A DNA stretch of 56,293 nucleotides from a virus. Its lineage: Duplodnaviria; Caudoviricetes. Under the pieces are notes generated by a model. The model had not been told where the DNA came from. It saw only the letters and a list, made by a program, of their open reading frames with translations, and did not search any database. Each line of letters begins with the position of its first letter. Within the stretch, counting starts at the first letter, position 1. Of the stretch, positions 55,174-56,293 are shown piece after piece. The stretch lies in IMG/VR virus record IMGVR_UViG_3300035670_000258, positions 1-56,293 of that record; one strand, given 5' to 3'. The position numbers and the translations under genes are program-made.

Positions 55174-55896
55174 ATGGCCGTAATACCCTATAATATAAAC
55201 AATCTGATAGCTGACCTCACGGCCAGTGGGTATACCTTTCCTTTCATGTTCGGTATAACTCCGACCATGTTGGTGGCCTCACCTGTAAACATTTCTGCTT
55301 ATCCATATACTAGATTTTCTGGCGCCACAATAAGCCAATGGTGGCAATCAGCTGGGTTTGTAACAGGCTTCACCAATGATAAGTTGGATGAGGTCAGAAC
55401 ATATGACCAGAACAACCCATATATAGTTGGATTTGATGTAGAAAGTGAGAACTACATAAACTATTTCGGTCAGCCCATATCAGGTGTGACCAGAGTCACC
55501 CAGAACACAAACCCAATCATATATGCCATTGATGCCGAGAGTCAACCGCCATTCGACCTATTGATAGGTACCGACGGACAGACCACAGGTATAAGATATA
55601 GAACATATGATGATGAATCATATGAACTGGTTGACTTGGACGGTAATGTAAGATACTTACCAAAAACTGAAATGAGGTATGTCGGTGAAGGGTGGAACGA
55701 CACTAATACCGAACTGTATGCTTATATCAGAAGAGAATACTTATTAGGTATCGTTAGCGAACCAGAAATTCAAAGCGATGTATTTATAGATAGAGGTCAA
55801 GTAACTGTATTTGAAAATCATCTCAGACTATCTGAAATAAGGAGTTTAGATGCTTTACTTGAACACGGGAACGGTTATTATAAATTTAGTATTTAA
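55174..55896 (+). CDS. Putative virion structural protein (240 aa)
   Basis: Own late motif at 55156-55171; ends EYLLGIVSEPEIQSDVFIDRG...GNGYYKF. Confidence 0.6.
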   Translation: MAVIPYNINNLIADLTASGYTFPFMFGITPTMLVASPVNISAYPYTRFSGATISQWWQSAGFVTGFTNDKLDEVRTYDQNNPYIVGFDVESENYINYFGQPISGVTRVTQNTNPIIYAIDAESQPPFDLLIGTDGQTTGIRYRTYDDESYELVDLDGNVRYLPKTEMRYVGEGWNDTNTELYAYIRREYLLGIVSEPEIQSDVFIDRGQVTVFENHLRLSEIRSLDALLEHGNGYYKFSI

Positions 55897-55905
55897 AAGA
55901 AAAAA

Positions 55906-56293
55906 ATGGCGACTGGAGTTTACGGAATCAACAGACCATCGGATGTTAGACCAGAGGACTGCGAAGTATGGGTTCACTATACTCCGAGTAGAGATAGCAT
56001 TGGTAACACTACGGTCAGCCAATTAAACCCCACACAAGTTTTGTTGCAATTGGATAACCCCAATAAAACACAATCTAACGTAACAACGGGATTCGAAGTG
56101 TTCGGTGGTATGTATACATTAAGGTTGCCAGTTTCTCAATTCAATCAGAAAGGTATATACACTGTGATGATTAAACCTGTTGAAATCAGGACAAGAATTG
56201 TTGACTGTGGTGTGTTATCAGCTTTCCCAGATATCAAAGGAATATTGGTTGATTTGGCCGATATACCACAACAACATGTGAATAAATTTGAGA
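55906..56293 (+). CDS. Putative structural protein, truncated by the window end
   Basis: Not in the track. MATGVYGINRPSDVRPEDCEVWVHYTPSRD...FGGMYTLRLPVSQFNQKGIYTVMIKP..., open to the edge. Confidence 0.75.
   Translation, partial: MATGVYGINRPSDVRPEDCEVWVHYTPSRDSIGNTTVSQLNPTQVLLQLDNPNKTQSNVTTGFEVFGGMYTLRLPVSQFNQKGIYTVMIKPVEIRTRIVDCGVLSAFPDIKGILVDLADIPQQHVNKFE

Noticed and set aside
47147-55896. Diversity-generating retroelement target in the fibre-like genes
   Set aside because: No reverse transcriptase and no template/variable repeat pair differing at adenines was visible.
1-56293. Stop-codon reassignment
   Set aside because: Long genes are intact in the standard code, and TAA, TAG (e.g. 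23701) and TGA (e.g. 33772) all end genes at sensible boundaries.

Overview
A 56 kb segment of a large lytic myovirus (jumbo-phage-like Caudoviricetes with T4-type modules), standard genetic code. The host is probably Bacteroidota, based on TAnnTTTG promoters, A-rich leaders without Shine-Dalgarno sites, and SprB-like repeats in virion proteins. Gene order: neck gene, glutaredoxin and SNF2 helicase (minus strand); neck/tail-completion genes; tail sheath; tail tube flanked by two related endonuclease genes; tail chaperone pair; tape measure; baseplate and hub with a lytic transglycosylase; a replication block (gp32-like SSB, UvsX, vWA protein, 5'-3' nuclease, DnaB-like helicase, nrdB, nrdA); a 2.2 kb accessory island; then gp25, gp6 and large Cys-rich baseplate/fibre genes. 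The most notable signals are: (1) an attC-like hairpin and an inverted-repeat-bounded one-gene cassette in the island, resembling integron cassettes with no integrase in the window; (2) a stand-alone C-terminal tRNA-binding arm of valyl-tRNA synthetase; (3) two nuclease genes whose C-terminal halves align by eye with the DNA-modifying GNAT enzyme Mom of phage Mu; (4) a probable +1 (or -2) frameshift on a U7 run in the tail chaperone; (5) a promoter, G6-N4-G6 and 62-nt pure A/T element that looks like an origin; (6) an orphan IS200/IS605 right end; (7) a recurring TATTTA late-promoter motif. All protein calls come from motif recognition by eye; no database searches were run.
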